Source: Chitinophagales bacterium
Lineage (GTDB): Bacteria; Bacteroidota; Bacteroidia; Chitinophagales; Chitinophagaceae
DNA: 64,000 nucleotides
NCBI GenBank assembly: GCA_026931325.1
Contig: JAIXLO010000129.1
Span: 19,685 to 83,684 of the forward strand
Reading direction: 5' to 3'
The notes under the pieces were generated by a model that searched no databases, had not been told where the DNA came from, and saw nothing but the letters and a program-made list of their open reading frames with translations. Numbering within the stretch: position 1 is the stretch's first letter; every line of letters begins with the position of its first letter. The position numbers and the translations under genes were made by a program. Below, in pieces: positions 1 to 9,152 of the stretch.

Positions 1-1617
1 ACTTAAGTTGTATTCTTTTGTTAGCCCTGCTTTTTGTGCTACTAAAATGCCATATTTAACATCTGCAAAACCTTCAATAATATGAGCATCTGGATTAATT
101 GAAATAAGAATATTTTTTGATAAAGCTTCCTCAATATAACGCCAATCAATATCTAATCTTCTGGGATGTGCATTTAATTCTATCACAACATTGTGTTTAA
201 TACAGGCATCAAAAATTAATTGATAATTTATAGGATAACCATTTCTGCTCAAAAGTAACCTACCTGTTAAGTGTCCTAAGATGGAAGTAAAAGGATTTGA
301 TATTGCATTGAGTAATCTTAGCATTGCTTTTTCTTCTGTCATTTTTAAATTAGAGTGTATTGAAGCAATAACTAAATCAAATTTGTTTAAAATTTCTGGC
401 TCATAGTCTAAACTTCCATCACCCAAAATATCACTTTCAATACTTTTAAAAATAGTAAATGGAAAAAGTTTTTTATTTAGTTCATCTATTTGTTTGTGTT
501 GTTCTAAAACCCTTTCTACACTTAGCCCCTGAGCATAAGTAGCAGTTTTGCTATGGTCGCTGATAACCAAATATTCTAATCCTTGCAGTACACAAGCATT
601 AGCCATTTCTTCTAAAGTATTAGACCCATCACTCCAAGTACTATGGCTATGAATAATACCTTTGATATCTCCTTCTTTAATAGTTATTGGCAAAGACTTT
701 TGCATTGCTTGATCAATAATATTTTTATTTTCTCGTCTATAAGGAGGAATATAATTGCAATGAAATGTTTCAAATATTTTTTCTTCACTATCAAAACAAT
801 CTGTGTCTTTCATAGAAGTTTTGCTAAGCCATTCTTCTAAAAAAATATTGTTACAACTTGTTGTAAAAAGCTTATTATAAAGTAGTGAATTATTTGTGCA
901 ATAAAAACCAAGCTGTACATTTTCTTTACCACGAAAAACTATGTAATTATTTTGCTGTTCAATAATTTGGTATTGATTTGCAGAAAAGAAGTTGATTAAA
1001 TTATTTTCAGTTTCAGTTGTCACCCATTCTAACTTTTCAATTATTTCTAATTGCCTTCTAAAATCACCTGTAATAATAAAAGTTTGGTTTGTAAAAATTT
1101 CTATTAATTTTTTGTGGAGAGCTAAAGCATAACTCTCAATTTGTTGATACAAATAATTGCCCAATGTACTTATATAAAATTCAATATTTTCCTTAATGCT
1201 TTGTTGGGTTTTATTGCCAAAGCCTTTGTATAGAGTTAATCTGTTTTCGCTACAAGCGTATAATAATTCACCAATTGTTTCTATTTCCATTTCATGCCAT
1301 ATAACAGCAATTTTTTTTGGACCTAAGCCTCTAATGTTCATCATATCAATAATGCCTTGAGGTGTTTTTTGAATATAATCCTGCAATATTGATAACTCTC
1401 CTGTGGTAAGTTGTTCAATAATTTTTTGTCCAACAGATTCGCCAATTCCTTTTAAAGAAAAAATTTTATTATGCTCTAAAGAAGCTAATTGAATAGGTAA
1501 TTTATCTATTGTATATGCTGCTGAAGAATATGATTTTGCTTTAAAACTATTTTCTCTATGAATATCCATTAGTTTGGATAATAAAGAAAAATTTTCAGCT
1601 ATTTCTGCGTTGGTCAT
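1..1617 (-). CDS. DNA polymerase X family protein with C-terminal PHP phosphoesterase domain (3' end runs off the window)
   Basis: Absent from the ORF track because no stop lies in the window. Reverse strand from ATG at 1617 reads MTNAEIAENFSLLSKLMDIHRENSFKAKSYSSAAYTIDKL..., with HhH-like GIGESVGQKI and GLGPKKI. Later GIIHSHSTWSDGSNTLEEM and IELNAHPRRLD are PHP motifs. The frame stays open to position 1. Confidence 0.8.
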   Translation of the reverse strand, partial: MTNAEIAENFSLLSKLMDIHRENSFKAKSYSSAAYTIDKLPIQLASLEHNKIFSLKGIGESVGQKIIEQLTTGELSILQDYIQKTPQGIIDMMNIRGLGPKKIAVIWHEMEIETIGELLYACSENRLTLYKGFGNKTQQSIKENIEFYISTLGNYLYQQIESYALALHKKLIEIFTNQTFIITGDFRRQLEIIEKLEWVTTETENNLINFFSANQYQIIEQQNNYIVFRGKENVQLGFYCTNNSLLYNKLFTTSCNNIFLEEWLSKTSMKDTDCFDSEEKIFETFHCNYIPPYRRENKNIIDQAMQKSLPITIKEGDIKGIIHSHSTWSDGSNTLEEMANACVLQGLEYLVISDHSKTATYAQGLSVERVLEQHKQIDELNKKLFPFTIFKSIESDILGDGSLDYEPEILNKFDLVIASIHSNLKMTEEKAMLRLLNAISNPFTSILGHLTGRLLLSRNGYPINYQLIFDACIKHNVVIELNAHPRRLDIDWRYIEEALSKNILISINPDAHIIEGFADVKYGILVAQKAGLTKEYNLS

Positions 1618-1643
1618 ATTTATATTTTTGCAAGTAAAAGCAA

Positions 1644-2111
1644 TTAAATATTTTGTAAACTTTCTATAATTTCTTCTGCATGAAGTTTAACCTTTGGCTT
1701 TAAAAATATTTTTTGAATAATACCTTTTTCATCAATTAAAAAAGTAGTTCTTAATAAGCCCATGTATTTTTTACCATAAAGACTTTTCTCTCCCCAAACA
1801 CCATATTTATTAATTATTTCATGGCTTGTATCTGCAATTAAAGGAAATGGAAGTTGATATTTTGTTTCAAATTTTTTATGACTATTAATATCATCAGCAC
1901 TTACGCCAATTACTTCAATTCCTTTTTTCTTCAGCAATAAAAAATTATCTCTAAGATTACATGCTTGAGCAGTACAACCTGGTGTATTATCTTTTGGATA
2001 AAAGTATAATGCTACTTTTTTGCCTTTATAATTTTTTAAAGAAATGGCTTTATTATTTTGATCTACACCTTTAAAATCTGGTGCTTTTATGCCTTCTGTT
2101 AAGTGTGTCAT
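1644..2111 (-). CDS. bcp: peroxiredoxin (bacterioferritin comigratory protein type)
   Basis: Track ORF 1644..2276 trimmed to the internal ATG at 2111 (MTHLTEGIKAPDFKG...). AhpC/TSA motif FYPKDNTPGCT is present. The 55 upstream codons look non-coding and overlap the neighbouring gene. Confidence 0.9.
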   Translation of the reverse strand: MTHLTEGIKAPDFKGVDQNNKAISLKNYKGKKVALYFYPKDNTPGCTAQACNLRDNFLLLKKKGIEVIGVSADDINSHKKFETKYQLPFPLIADTSHEIINKYGVWGEKSLYGKKYMGLLRTTFLIDEKGIIQKIFLKPKVKLHAEEIIESLQNI

Positions 2112-2212
2112 TTTTTGATTTTTAATGTATAACAAATATACATTTAACCAAGCTAAGAGATAAAGATGATTATTGTTAAATACTGACAAAATATTTATGT
2201 AAGTTTGTATCA

Positions 2213-2797
2213 ATGACAGAAAAAAATCTTTACATAATTGCTGGTTGCAATGGTGCAGGAAAAACGACAGCTTCATTTACAATTTTACCTGAAACTATTA
2301 ACTGTAAAGAATTTGTAAATGCTGATGAAATAGCAAAAGGGCTTTCACCTTTTCAACCTGAAAAAGTGGCTTTTGAAGCAGGGCGTATAATGCTAAACAG
2401 AATTAATGAACTGCTGAATAACAATGAAAGTTTTGCTTTTGAAACTACATTATCTACTCTAAGCTATAAAAACAAAATACTTGAAGCTAAAGAAAAAGGC
2501 TATACAATTACATTACTTTTCTTTTGGCTTCAAAATATAGGATTGGCTAAAGAACGTGTGATAACAAGGGTTGCCGAAGGTGGACACAATATTGAACCTG
2601 ATGTTATTGAAAGACGATATATAAAAGGCATAAAAAATCTATTTGAAATTTATTTGCCTATTGTTGATGGAGTTTTTATTTTTGATAACTCATTAGGGAA
2701 ACATGAACTTATAGCAGAAAAAAAAGTTGACGGTGAATTAAAAATTGTTGAGACCTTAAAATTTAATGAATTAAAAAACTACTATGACCACGGTTGA
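2213..2797 (+). CDS. zeta-toxin-like P-loop kinase (COG4185-type AAA/zeta family)
   Basis: 194 aa. Walker A is GCNGAGKTT near the N-terminus. Size and layout are typical of zeta/PezT-like kinases. Confidence 0.7.
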   Translation: MTEKNLYIIAGCNGAGKTTASFTILPETINCKEFVNADEIAKGLSPFQPEKVAFEAGRIMLNRINELLNNNESFAFETTLSTLSYKNKILEAKEKGYTITLLFFWLQNIGLAKERVITRVAEGGHNIEPDVIERRYIKGIKNLFEIYLPIVDGVFIFDNSLGKHELIAEKKVDGELKIVETLKFNELKNYYDHG

Positions 2798-2933
2798 AAA
2801 ACAAATAGAATTAAGAAATAAAATTTTATTGGGTCTTGAAAAAGCCTATGAAAAATTAATTGAGTTTAAAAAACAAAAAAACTCTGTATTGGTTATAATG
2901 AAAGATGGTAAAATAGTAAAAATAAAGCCGTAG
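2784..2933 (+). CDS. 49-aa hypothetical protein overlapping the end of the zeta-like gene (candidate partner protein)
   Basis: Not in track (<60 aa). ATG at 2784 lies inside the last codons of the upstream gene (stop 2795..2797). Translation is MTTVEKQIELRNKILLGLEKAYEKLIEFKKQKNSVLVIMKDGKIVKIKP, with stop at 2931..2933. Confidence 0.35.
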   Translation: MTTVEKQIELRNKILLGLEKAYEKLIEFKKQKNSVLVIMKDGKIVKIKP

Positions 2934-2941
2934 TGAAAGTA

Positions 2942-3172
2942 TCACTTCTCGTTCAATAGTTCAGATATATTTATTTCAAGACCTTCACAAATTACAAGAA
3001 GATATAGATAAGTTGGATTTATATCACCCATTTCTACCCTGCTGATAGATTGAGGTTCTTTATCTGTTTTGTAGCCAAGTTCCTTTAAAGTAAGACCTTT
3101 TTCATTCCTAATAGTTTTTAGGCGTTTTCCTAAGATTTTTAATTTTTCTTTATCTGTCTTACTAAAGCCCAT
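2942..3172 (-). CDS. XRE-family helix-turn-helix transcriptional regulator
   Basis: 76 aa. LKTIRNEKGLTLKELGYKTDKEPQSISRVEMGDINPT is a typical HTH_3/Cro-C1 motif. Confidence 0.85.
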   Translation of the reverse strand: MGFSKTDKEKLKILGKRLKTIRNEKGLTLKELGYKTDKEPQSISRVEMGDINPTYLYLLVICEGLEINISELLNEK

Positions 3173-3205
3173 GTGTCAATAGTATTGACAATATCAAAAT
3201 TTATT

Positions 3206-3223
3206 ATCAACGTATTCGTTGAT
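3206..3223. promoter_or_regulatory. perfect inverted repeat ATCAACG-TATT-CGTTGAT, candidate operator between the XRE gene and the divergent lipoprotein gene
   Basis: 7-bp perfect arms sit 34-51 nt upstream of the XRE start. The TTG at 3219..3221 lies 17 nt before a TAaaTTTG box (3239..3246) on the + strand, matching the Bacteroidetes -33/-7 promoter layout. Confidence 0.3.
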
Positions 3224-3495
3224 TTATTAAAAAACATATAAATTTGTATTGGCAGAAATTGGCAGACTTCCCTGAACTCATAACAGTCTAGCTAAGTTTA
3301 CAGTTAAAATACTTATAAAGAAAGGATTGTACAGAGAATTGGGAAAGTATGATTCGATTGAAAAATACTGTTGTAAAACAGCTAACGTAAATGGCAGAAA
3401 AAAATGCTAAGAAATTTTTTGTCAAAGGCTTAAATTATTTCCGACAGCTTTGCCTTAAAATAGCGAGGTAGGAGTAAGTATAAATTTTATTAAAA

Positions 3496-4014
3496 ATGAA
3501 AAAAAAATTTTTTGTTAGCCTTGCACTAATTGTTACCTTTACTATGGTATTTTACAGTTGTAAAAAATCTAATATAGTAAATGAAGGAACTGCATTAACT
3601 TCAGTTAGTTTTGATAAAAATGAAATTAGTACAGAGGAATTTGTTGATTTGGCAAATTCTCTTGGGATACATGAACAAATTGAAGAGGTTAAAGAACTTA
3701 ACTCAACGTTGGAAGACTCCGTTTTTTATGAAAAATTATTAGCCGTTTACAATTCAAGTTATACCTTAGCAACTACATTTGAAAACTCAGAGGAAATTCT
3801 TGATGTATTAATAGAATCAAATGCTGAATATTTTTCTGGAGGATGCTGTTCGTTAAAAGATAATAAACTTGATTACAGTTGTTGTAATTTCTGGGAAACA
3901 ATAAAAGTGTTTATTAAAGCAACTGCTGCTTGCCATTTAGTTCAGTACCCAACCGACGAAGATATGAAAGCATATTATAATTGTATTCAATCAATAATTT
4001 GTAAAACCTGCTAA
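3496..4014 (+). CDS. Cys-rich putative lipoprotein of unknown function
   Basis: Signal peptide plus lipobox-like MKKKFFVSLALIVTFTMVFYSC. Acidic helical middle region. Eight Cys fall in the last 58 aa (GGCCSLKDNKLDYSCCNFWETIK...CHLV...NCIQSIICKTC). Confidence 0.6.
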   Translation: MKKKFFVSLALIVTFTMVFYSCKKSNIVNEGTALTSVSFDKNEISTEEFVDLANSLGIHEQIEEVKELNSTLEDSVFYEKLLAVYNSSYTLATTFENSEEILDVLIESNAEYFSGGCCSLKDNKLDYSCCNFWETIKVFIKATAACHLVQYPTDEDMKAYYNCIQSIICKTC

Positions 4015-4025
4015 ATTTATATAAT

Positions 4026-4163
4026 ATGAAAAAGAAACGTTTTATCATTTATTCCCTTGTTGGTGTTATTGTTGTATTTGCTGTATGGTTTAGCTATCAG
4101 TATAAAAAAATGATGGATATGGGAAAACTAACACCAGAGGAATGGGTAAAAAAATATAAATAA
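4026..4163 (+). CDS. 45-aa single-pass membrane peptide
   Basis: Not in track. Translation is MKKKRFIIYSLVGVIVVFAVWFSYQYKKMMDMGKLTPEEWVKKYK. It starts 12 nt after the lipoprotein stop and is followed directly by a terminator. Confidence 0.4.
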   Translation: MKKKRFIIYSLVGVIVVFAVWFSYQYKKMMDMGKLTPEEWVKKYK

Positions 4164-4171
4164 AATGTAAG

Positions 4172-4200
4172 GCTACCAAAAAAGGTAGCTTTTTTGTTTT
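4172..4200 (+). terminator. rho-independent terminator
   Basis: GCTACC-aaaaaa-GGTAGC stem followed by TTTTTTGTTTT. Confidence 0.6.
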
Positions 4201-4292
4201 TTGATAGTGAGATATAGCATTGGTTATGGCTAAAATGCTTTAGAAAAGTAATTTATCATTCATAATTCATTATTCAACATTATTTTTGCCTC

Positions 4293-5936
4293 ATGCCTAA
4301 AGATAATTCTATAAAATCTGTTTTAATAGTAGGTAGCGGACCCATTATTATTGGTCAGGCTTGTGAGTTTGATTATAGTGGTTCGCAAGCTGCCAGAAGT
4401 TTGAGAGAAGAAGGAATAAAAGTAGTGCTGATAAACAGTAATCCTGCTACCATAATGACTGACCCTATGATGGCTGATAAAGTATATTTATTGCCATTGA
4501 CTGTAGAAAGTATAGAACAAATTTTAGAAGAAAATAAAATAGATGCTGTATTGCCAACAATGGGCGGACAAACTGCTTTAAATCTTTGTAAAGAAGTAGA
4601 TGAATTAGGCATTTGGGAGAAATATAATTGCAAAATGATTGGTGTAGATGTAGCAGCTATTAACACAGCAGAAGACAGAGAATTGTTTAGAAACTTGATG
4701 CTTAAAATAGGTATTAAAGTAGCACCAAGCAATGTAGCCAATAGTTTTTTAGAAGGTAAAGAACATGCACAGCAAATTGGTTTTCCTTTGGTTATTCGTT
4801 CTTCTTTTACTTTGGGTGGTAGTGGTGGAAGTTTTGTTTTTAATAAAGATGAATTAGATGAAGCATTGAAAAGAGGTTTAGAAGCAAGCCCCATACATGA
4901 AGTATTGGTAGAAAAAGCTGTACTTGGTTGGAAAGAATTTGAGTTAGAATTATTGAGAGATAAAAATGATAATGTAGTTATTATTTGTACTGTAGAAAAT
5001 CTTGACCCAATGGGTGTGCATACAGGCGATAGTATAACTGTAGCTCCTGCAATGACATTGAGTGATACTGCTTTTCAAGAAATGCGTAATCAGGCAATAT
5101 TGATGATGAGAAGTCTTGGCAATTTTGCTGGTGGTTGTAATGTACAGTTTGCACTAAACCCAGAAACAGAAGAACTGATTGCAGTAGAAATTAATCCACG
5201 TGTTAGTCGTTCAAGTGCATTAGCAAGTAAAGCAACAGGTTATCCTATTGCAAAAATTGCAGCTAAGTTGGCTATTGGTTATACTTTAGATGAATTAAAA
5301 AATCAAATTACAAAAACAACCAGTGCATATTTTGAACCTGCATTAGATTATGTTATTGTAAAAATACCACGTTGGAATTTTGATAAATTTAAAGGAGCTA
5401 ATGATACACTTGGTTTGCAAATGAAAAGTGTAGGAGAAGTAATGGCAATTGGTAGAAGCTTTACAGAAGCTATACAAAAAGCTTGTCAGAGTTTAGAAAA
5501 TAATGCAGTAGGCTTAGGTTATTATGGAAAAAGTATGATGAAAACTGATGAACTTTTAGACTATATAAAGATACCAAAGTGGGATAGAATTTTTAGAATT
5601 AAAGATGCGTTGATGCAAGGTGTAACTGTAAGAACAATAGCACAAGCAACAGGCATTGATAAATGGTTTTTAATACAAATACAAAAGCTTTGTGATTTAG
5701 AAAAAGAATTAGGAAAATATTTTTTAGCTGATGTGCCTACCGAGTTATTGAAAGAAGCTAAAAAGCATGGTTTTAGCGATGAGCAAATTGCCCGAATTTT
5801 AAATGGTGATTATACAGAAGATGAAGTGTATGAAAAAAGAAAAACTTTAGGTATAACACGTGTGTATAAAATGGTAGATACTTGTGCTGCTGAGTTTGAA
5901 GCTAAAACACCTTATTTCTATAGTACTTTTGAATAA
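4293..5936 (+). CDS. carB: carbamoyl-phosphate synthase large subunit, N-terminal half only (carboxyphosphate ATP-grasp plus oligomerization domain)
   Basis: [33 protein letters not shown]... is the canonical CarB N-terminus. The ORF stops after ...[20 protein letters not shown], roughly residue 545 of E. coli CarB. The next gene is convergent. Confidence 0.9.
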   Translation: MPKDNSIKSVLIVGSGPIIIGQACEFDYSGSQAARSLREEGIKVVLINSNPATIMTDPMMADKVYLLPLTVESIEQILEENKIDAVLPTMGGQTALNLCKEVDELGIWEKYNCKMIGVDVAAINTAEDRELFRNLMLKIGIKVAPSNVANSFLEGKEHAQQIGFPLVIRSSFTLGGSGGSFVFNKDELDEALKRGLEASPIHEVLVEKAVLGWKEFELELLRDKNDNVVIICTVENLDPMGVHTGDSITVAPAMTLSDTAFQEMRNQAILMMRSLGNFAGGCNVQFALNPETEELIAVEINPRVSRSSALASKATGYPIAKIAAKLAIGYTLDELKNQITKTTSAYFEPALDYVIVKIPRWNFDKFKGANDTLGLQMKSVGEVMAIGRSFTEAIQKACQSLENNAVGLGYYGKSMMKTDELLDYIKIPKWDRIFRIKDALMQGVTVRTIAQATGIDKWFLIQIQKLCDLEKELGKYFLADVPTELLKEAKKHGFSDEQIARILNGDYTEDEVYEKRKTLGITRVYKMVDTCAAEFEAKTPYFYSTFE

Positions 5937-5943
5937 TAGTATT

Positions 5944-6489
5944 TTAATGCACTTGCTCCATAATAAGTATTAATGCAAAAACACTGTAATTAATAATATC
6001 TACATAATTTGCATCAATTCCTTCACTGATAATTGTTTTGCCATCGTTAGCAAGAATTTGTTTAATGCGTTGTAATTTCATTAAAGTTAAATCAACAAAA
6101 CTTTGTTGGCTCATATCTCTCCACGCCTCACCATAATCATGGTTTTTATTAAGCATAGTTTCTTTTGCAAAATGTATTTGTTTGTTATATAAAGTAAGTA
6201 CTTCATCAACAGGTAACTCTTCAATTTTAGATTCTTTTAGCTCAAGTTGTATTAAGCCAATTACAGCATAATTAATAATGCCTTTAAATTCATCAGCAAT
6301 ATTATCATCAACCAATTGTTGTTTTTTATCTTGAATAGTTCTTATGCGTAAGGCTTTGATGAAGATTTGGTCAATAACACTAATTGTTCTTAACACTCTC
6401 CAAGCAGTGCCATAATCTTTTGCTTTTTTTATAAAAACATCTTTACACTTTTCTATTACAATATCATATTGTTGATTGGTTTGGCTCAT
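5944..6489 (-). CDS. DUF1599-like protein
   Basis: 181 aa with two internal repeats (KDYGTAWRVLR...IKALRIRTI and HDYGEAWRDMS...MKLQRIKQI). Family assignment is from memory. Confidence 0.65.
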   Translation of the reverse strand: MSQTNQQYDIVIEKCKDVFIKKAKDYGTAWRVLRTISVIDQIFIKALRIRTIQDKKQQLVDDNIADEFKGIINYAVIGLIQLELKESKIEELPVDEVLTLYNKQIHFAKETMLNKNHDYGEAWRDMSQQSFVDLTLMKLQRIKQILANDGKTIISEGIDANYVDIINYSVFALILIMEQVH

Positions 6490-6560
6490 GTTATGTTATT
6501 TATGCTACTTCAAGTGCTGCAAGATAAAAGATGAAAGGTTTGAAAACAAACAGAAAATTT

Positions 6561-7622
6561 TTATAAAAGATGAGGACGAGCTTCTGTAAGTCCTGCATTA
6601 GTTACTTGAACCCATTCTGGTTTAAATTCTTTTATATTATTTGCACCACCATAAGAAAAAGCACTTCTTACACCATCTAATAAACCTTCAATAACAAATT
6701 TTGCTCCTCCTTTAAAAGGAATTACAGTGCTTTCTCCTTCTACATTTCTTTGCTCTTGATTATGTACCATTTTGGTTTCTAAACTTGCAGCTCCACGATA
6801 ACGTTTGTATAATCCTGTTGGTTTTTCAATCATTTGTCCTGGAGCTTCTTTTGTTCCAGCAATTAAAGAGCCAAGCATTACACAACTGCTACCTAAAGCT
6901 AATGCTTTGGCAATATCACCACTTGTTCTAATTCCACCATCTGCCATTACAGGTAAAGAAGTAACAGCAATAATTTCTTGAAGACAAGTAACATTAGGTA
7001 CGCCAAAACCTGTTTTTAAACGAGTAGTACACAAAGATCCACCACCAACACCAACTCTTAAACCATCAGCTTGCCAAGTTTCTAAATCTTTTGCAGCTTG
7101 AGCACTTGCAATATTGCCAGCAATAAAATCAATATGAGAAGGTAGCGTTTTCTTTAATAATGCAATAGCTTGCTTAACATTTTCATGATGACCATGAGCA
7201 ACATCAATTAAAATAATATTTGCACCTGCATTAACTAAAGCTGAGGCACGTTCAGCAAAATCTCCATTAGCACCAACAGCAGCAACAATAGGAATTGCTT
7301 TTGAATAATGCCAAGCATTATCAGCTACATTCCAAATATTTTTTATAGTGGTGCTATTAATTGCTTCAACAACTTTAGCAACTTCTTTAGCTTGTTGTTC
7401 AATACTCATAAATCTGTGAATACAGCCAACACCACCTAATTCTGCCAAAGCAATAGCCATTTCATTTTCACAAACTGTATCCATACAAGATGCAACTAAT
7501 GGTATTCTTAAACCATAACGTTTAGTAATTTGTGTAGTTAAGTCAATGTTTTTTCTTGAAGAAATATTGGAGTATGATGGTACAAGTTGAATGTCATCAT
7601 AAGTTAATGCAAGTTTGCTCAT
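6561..7622 (-). CDS. GMP reductase / IMP dehydrogenase family oxidoreductase (no CBS insert)
   Basis: 353 aa TIM-barrel. [14 protein letters not shown]-terminus, catalytic loop [11 protein letters not shown], and [19 protein letters not shown]. Confidence 0.8.
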   Translation of the reverse strand: MSKLALTYDDIQLVPSYSNISSRKNIDLTTQITKRYGLRIPLVASCMDTVCENEMAIALAELGGVGCIHRFMSIEQQAKEVAKVVEAINSTTIKNIWNVADNAWHYSKAIPIVAAVGANGDFAERASALVNAGANIILIDVAHGHHENVKQAIALLKKTLPSHIDFIAGNIASAQAAKDLETWQADGLRVGVGGGSLCTTRLKTGFGVPNVTCLQEIIAVTSLPVMADGGIRTSGDIAKALALGSSCVMLGSLIAGTKEAPGQMIEKPTGLYKRYRGAASLETKMVHNQEQRNVEGESTVIPFKGGAKFVIEGLLDGVRSAFSYGGANNIKEFKPEWVQVTNAGLTEARPHLL

Positions 7623-7799
7623 GTATTGTTTTTTATATAAAATGAAAAATGAAGGCCGTCCAAAATAAACATAAAATACTTGCTGTAAAAATGCTTAAAT
7701 AAAACTGTGAACTAAAAGTGAATTACTTAAAGAGCTTAGGAAGAATTTCAAATAATAAAATTTATTTCAAATTATGAAATAATTCTTATTTTTGAAAAA

Positions 7800-8096
7800 A
7801 TGGCAATAGTTTCAAAAACAATACTCAATGAGTTTAGTCGCAAACATTCAGCAGCATCTGAGCCATTAAATTATTGGTATGAAATTGTAAAAAAAACAAA
7901 TTGGTCAAATCCTAATGACATTTTATTAGATTTTAATAATGTTGATGTAGTAGGAAATGATTGATATGTTTTTAATATTAAAGGAAATGCTTTTAGATTA
8001 GTTGTAATGATACACTTTGATATTCGAACAATTTATATACGATTTATAGGAACTCATGCAGAATATGATAAAATAATAAATATTTCAAAAATTTAA
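7800..8096 (+). pseudogene. higB: HigB-family type II toxin gene with an in-frame TGA
   Basis: Translation is MAIVSKTILNEFSRKHSAASEPLNYWYEIVKKTNWSNPNDILLDFNNVDVVGND*YVFNIKGNAFRLVVMIHFDIRTIYIRFIGTHAEYDKI. The stop at 7962..7964 sits where homologues have Arg (CGA). Confidence 0.75.
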
Positions 8097-8100
8097 TTTT

Positions 8101-8487
8101 ATGATTGATAAAATAAGAACAAAAAGGCAGTATGAACAAGTGTTAGAATTAATTGAAGGCTTCATAAAAAAGGCTAATGAAAAAGGAGGATTTAAAAATT
8201 TAAGTAAAAAGGAAAATGATGAGCTTAAGAAACTTTCTTTATTAGCAGAAGAATATGAGGACAATATTCTTAAAATTATGCCATTACCTGTAACGCTTGA
8301 AAATGTTGTTACTATTAAAATGAAAGAACTAAATATTACACAAGCAAAACTTGCAAAAATGTTGAATATTGGAACTCCAAAACTATCTCAAATACTTAAT
8401 GGTAAAAGAAAGCCAGATGTAACATTTCTTAAAGCAGTGCACAAAAAATTGGGTGTTGATGGTAACTTTATTTTAGAAAATATTTAA
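8101..8487 (+). CDS. higA: HigA-family antitoxin (HTH)
   Basis: 128 aa, starting 4 nt after the higB remnant. C-terminal HTH is ITQAKLAKMLNIGTPKLSQILNGKRKP. Confidence 0.8.
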   Translation: MIDKIRTKRQYEQVLELIEGFIKKANEKGGFKNLSKKENDELKKLSLLAEEYEDNILKIMPLPVTLENVVTIKMKELNITQAKLAKMLNIGTPKLSQILNGKRKPDVTFLKAVHKKLGVDGNFILENI

Positions 8488-8495
8488 ACAAAGAT

Positions 8496-9095
8496 TTACT
8501 TCCCAAAAGATGCAATATTGGTGCTAAATATTTTTACAGCTATAGCTAAAAGTATTACACCAAAAAATTTTCTTACTGCCAATAAACCTGCTTTTCCTAA
8601 TAATCGTTCAATCATATTTAAAGATTTTAAAGCAGCATAAATTATAACAAGGTTTATTAAAATACCTATAAGTATAACTGTTTCATTAAAATTTGCTTTC
8701 AAACTCATTACAGTTGTAAGTGTACCACTTCCTGCAATTACAGGAAAAGCAATAGGTACAACAGTTCCTGCTTTTGCATCATTATCTCCTTTAAAAATTT
8801 CATGTCCTAAAACCATTTCTAAGCCTAATAAAAATATTACAATAGAACCACCAACTGCAAAACTTTTTACATCAATTCCTAAAATTCTTAAAAAAGAATT
8901 TCCAAGAAATAAAAATAAAATCATCAAAATTCCAGAAACAAGTGTTGCTTGAAATGAACGAATTGTTCCACCCATTTTATCTTTTAAAGAAATTAATAAT
9001 GGTATTGAACCAACAATATCTATCACTGCAAAAAGTGTAAATGTTACTGTTAATAATTCATCAACTGAGAATTGCATAAAGAATTCTTTACTCAA
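8496..9095 (-). CDS. MarC-family integral membrane protein
   Basis: 199 aa with about six hydrophobic helices. UPF0056/MarC-like pattern. Confidence 0.75.
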   Translation of the reverse strand: MSKEFFMQFSVDELLTVTFTLFAVIDIVGSIPLLISLKDKMGGTIRSFQATLVSGILMILFLFLGNSFLRILGIDVKSFAVGGSIVIFLLGLEMVLGHEIFKGDNDAKAGTVVPIAFPVIAGSGTLTTVMSLKANFNETVILIGILINLVIIYAALKSLNMIERLLGKAGLLAVRKFFGVILLAIAVKIFSTNIASFGK

Positions 9096-9152
9096 AAATA
9101 AAACTTCCTACTTATAAAAGCAGGAAGTTTATTATTCTTTAACCTTTATTTT

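Noticed and set aside
643-840. 65-aa + strand ORF.
   Set aside because: It lies antisense within the PolX/PHP gene, which reads cleanly on the minus strand from 1617 to the window edge.
2112-2276. N-terminal extensions in the ORF track: bcp to 2276, ribF from 19880, ccmB-like from 38135, DUF3822-like from 58201 and the IS4 transposase from 39597.
   Set aside because: The extensions are non-homologous. They overlap neighbouring genes or promoters, or use TTG starts when an ATG with the conserved N-terminus follows. Starts were moved to the internal ATG.
3249-3266. TTGGCAGAAATTGGCAGA looked like a sigma-54 -24/-12 promoter (TGGCA..TTGC).
   Set aside because: The GG-to-GC spacing is one nucleotide short of the TGGCAC-N5-TTGC consensus and the -12 element is poor. 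It is better described as a short direct repeat of TTGGCAGA.
4373-4894. 173-aa antisense ORF inside carB.
   Set aside because: It lies fully within a gene with unambiguous CarB homology on the other strand. Its Leu/Ser/Pro-rich shadow-frame composition argues against coding.
5937-5943. Possibility that carB was truncated by one of the IS elements.
   Set aside because: No IS end, inverted repeat or carB C-terminal remnant is visible downstream. The convergent DUF1599-like gene starts only 7 nt beyond the stop.
7730-7799. AT-rich imperfect palindrome (AAGAATTTCAAATAAT ... ATTATGAAATAATTCTT) upstream of higB, considered as a HigA operator.
   Set aside because: The arms need indels to align, and palindromes of this quality are expected by chance in such AT-rich DNA. 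It is not supportable as a feature without binding data.
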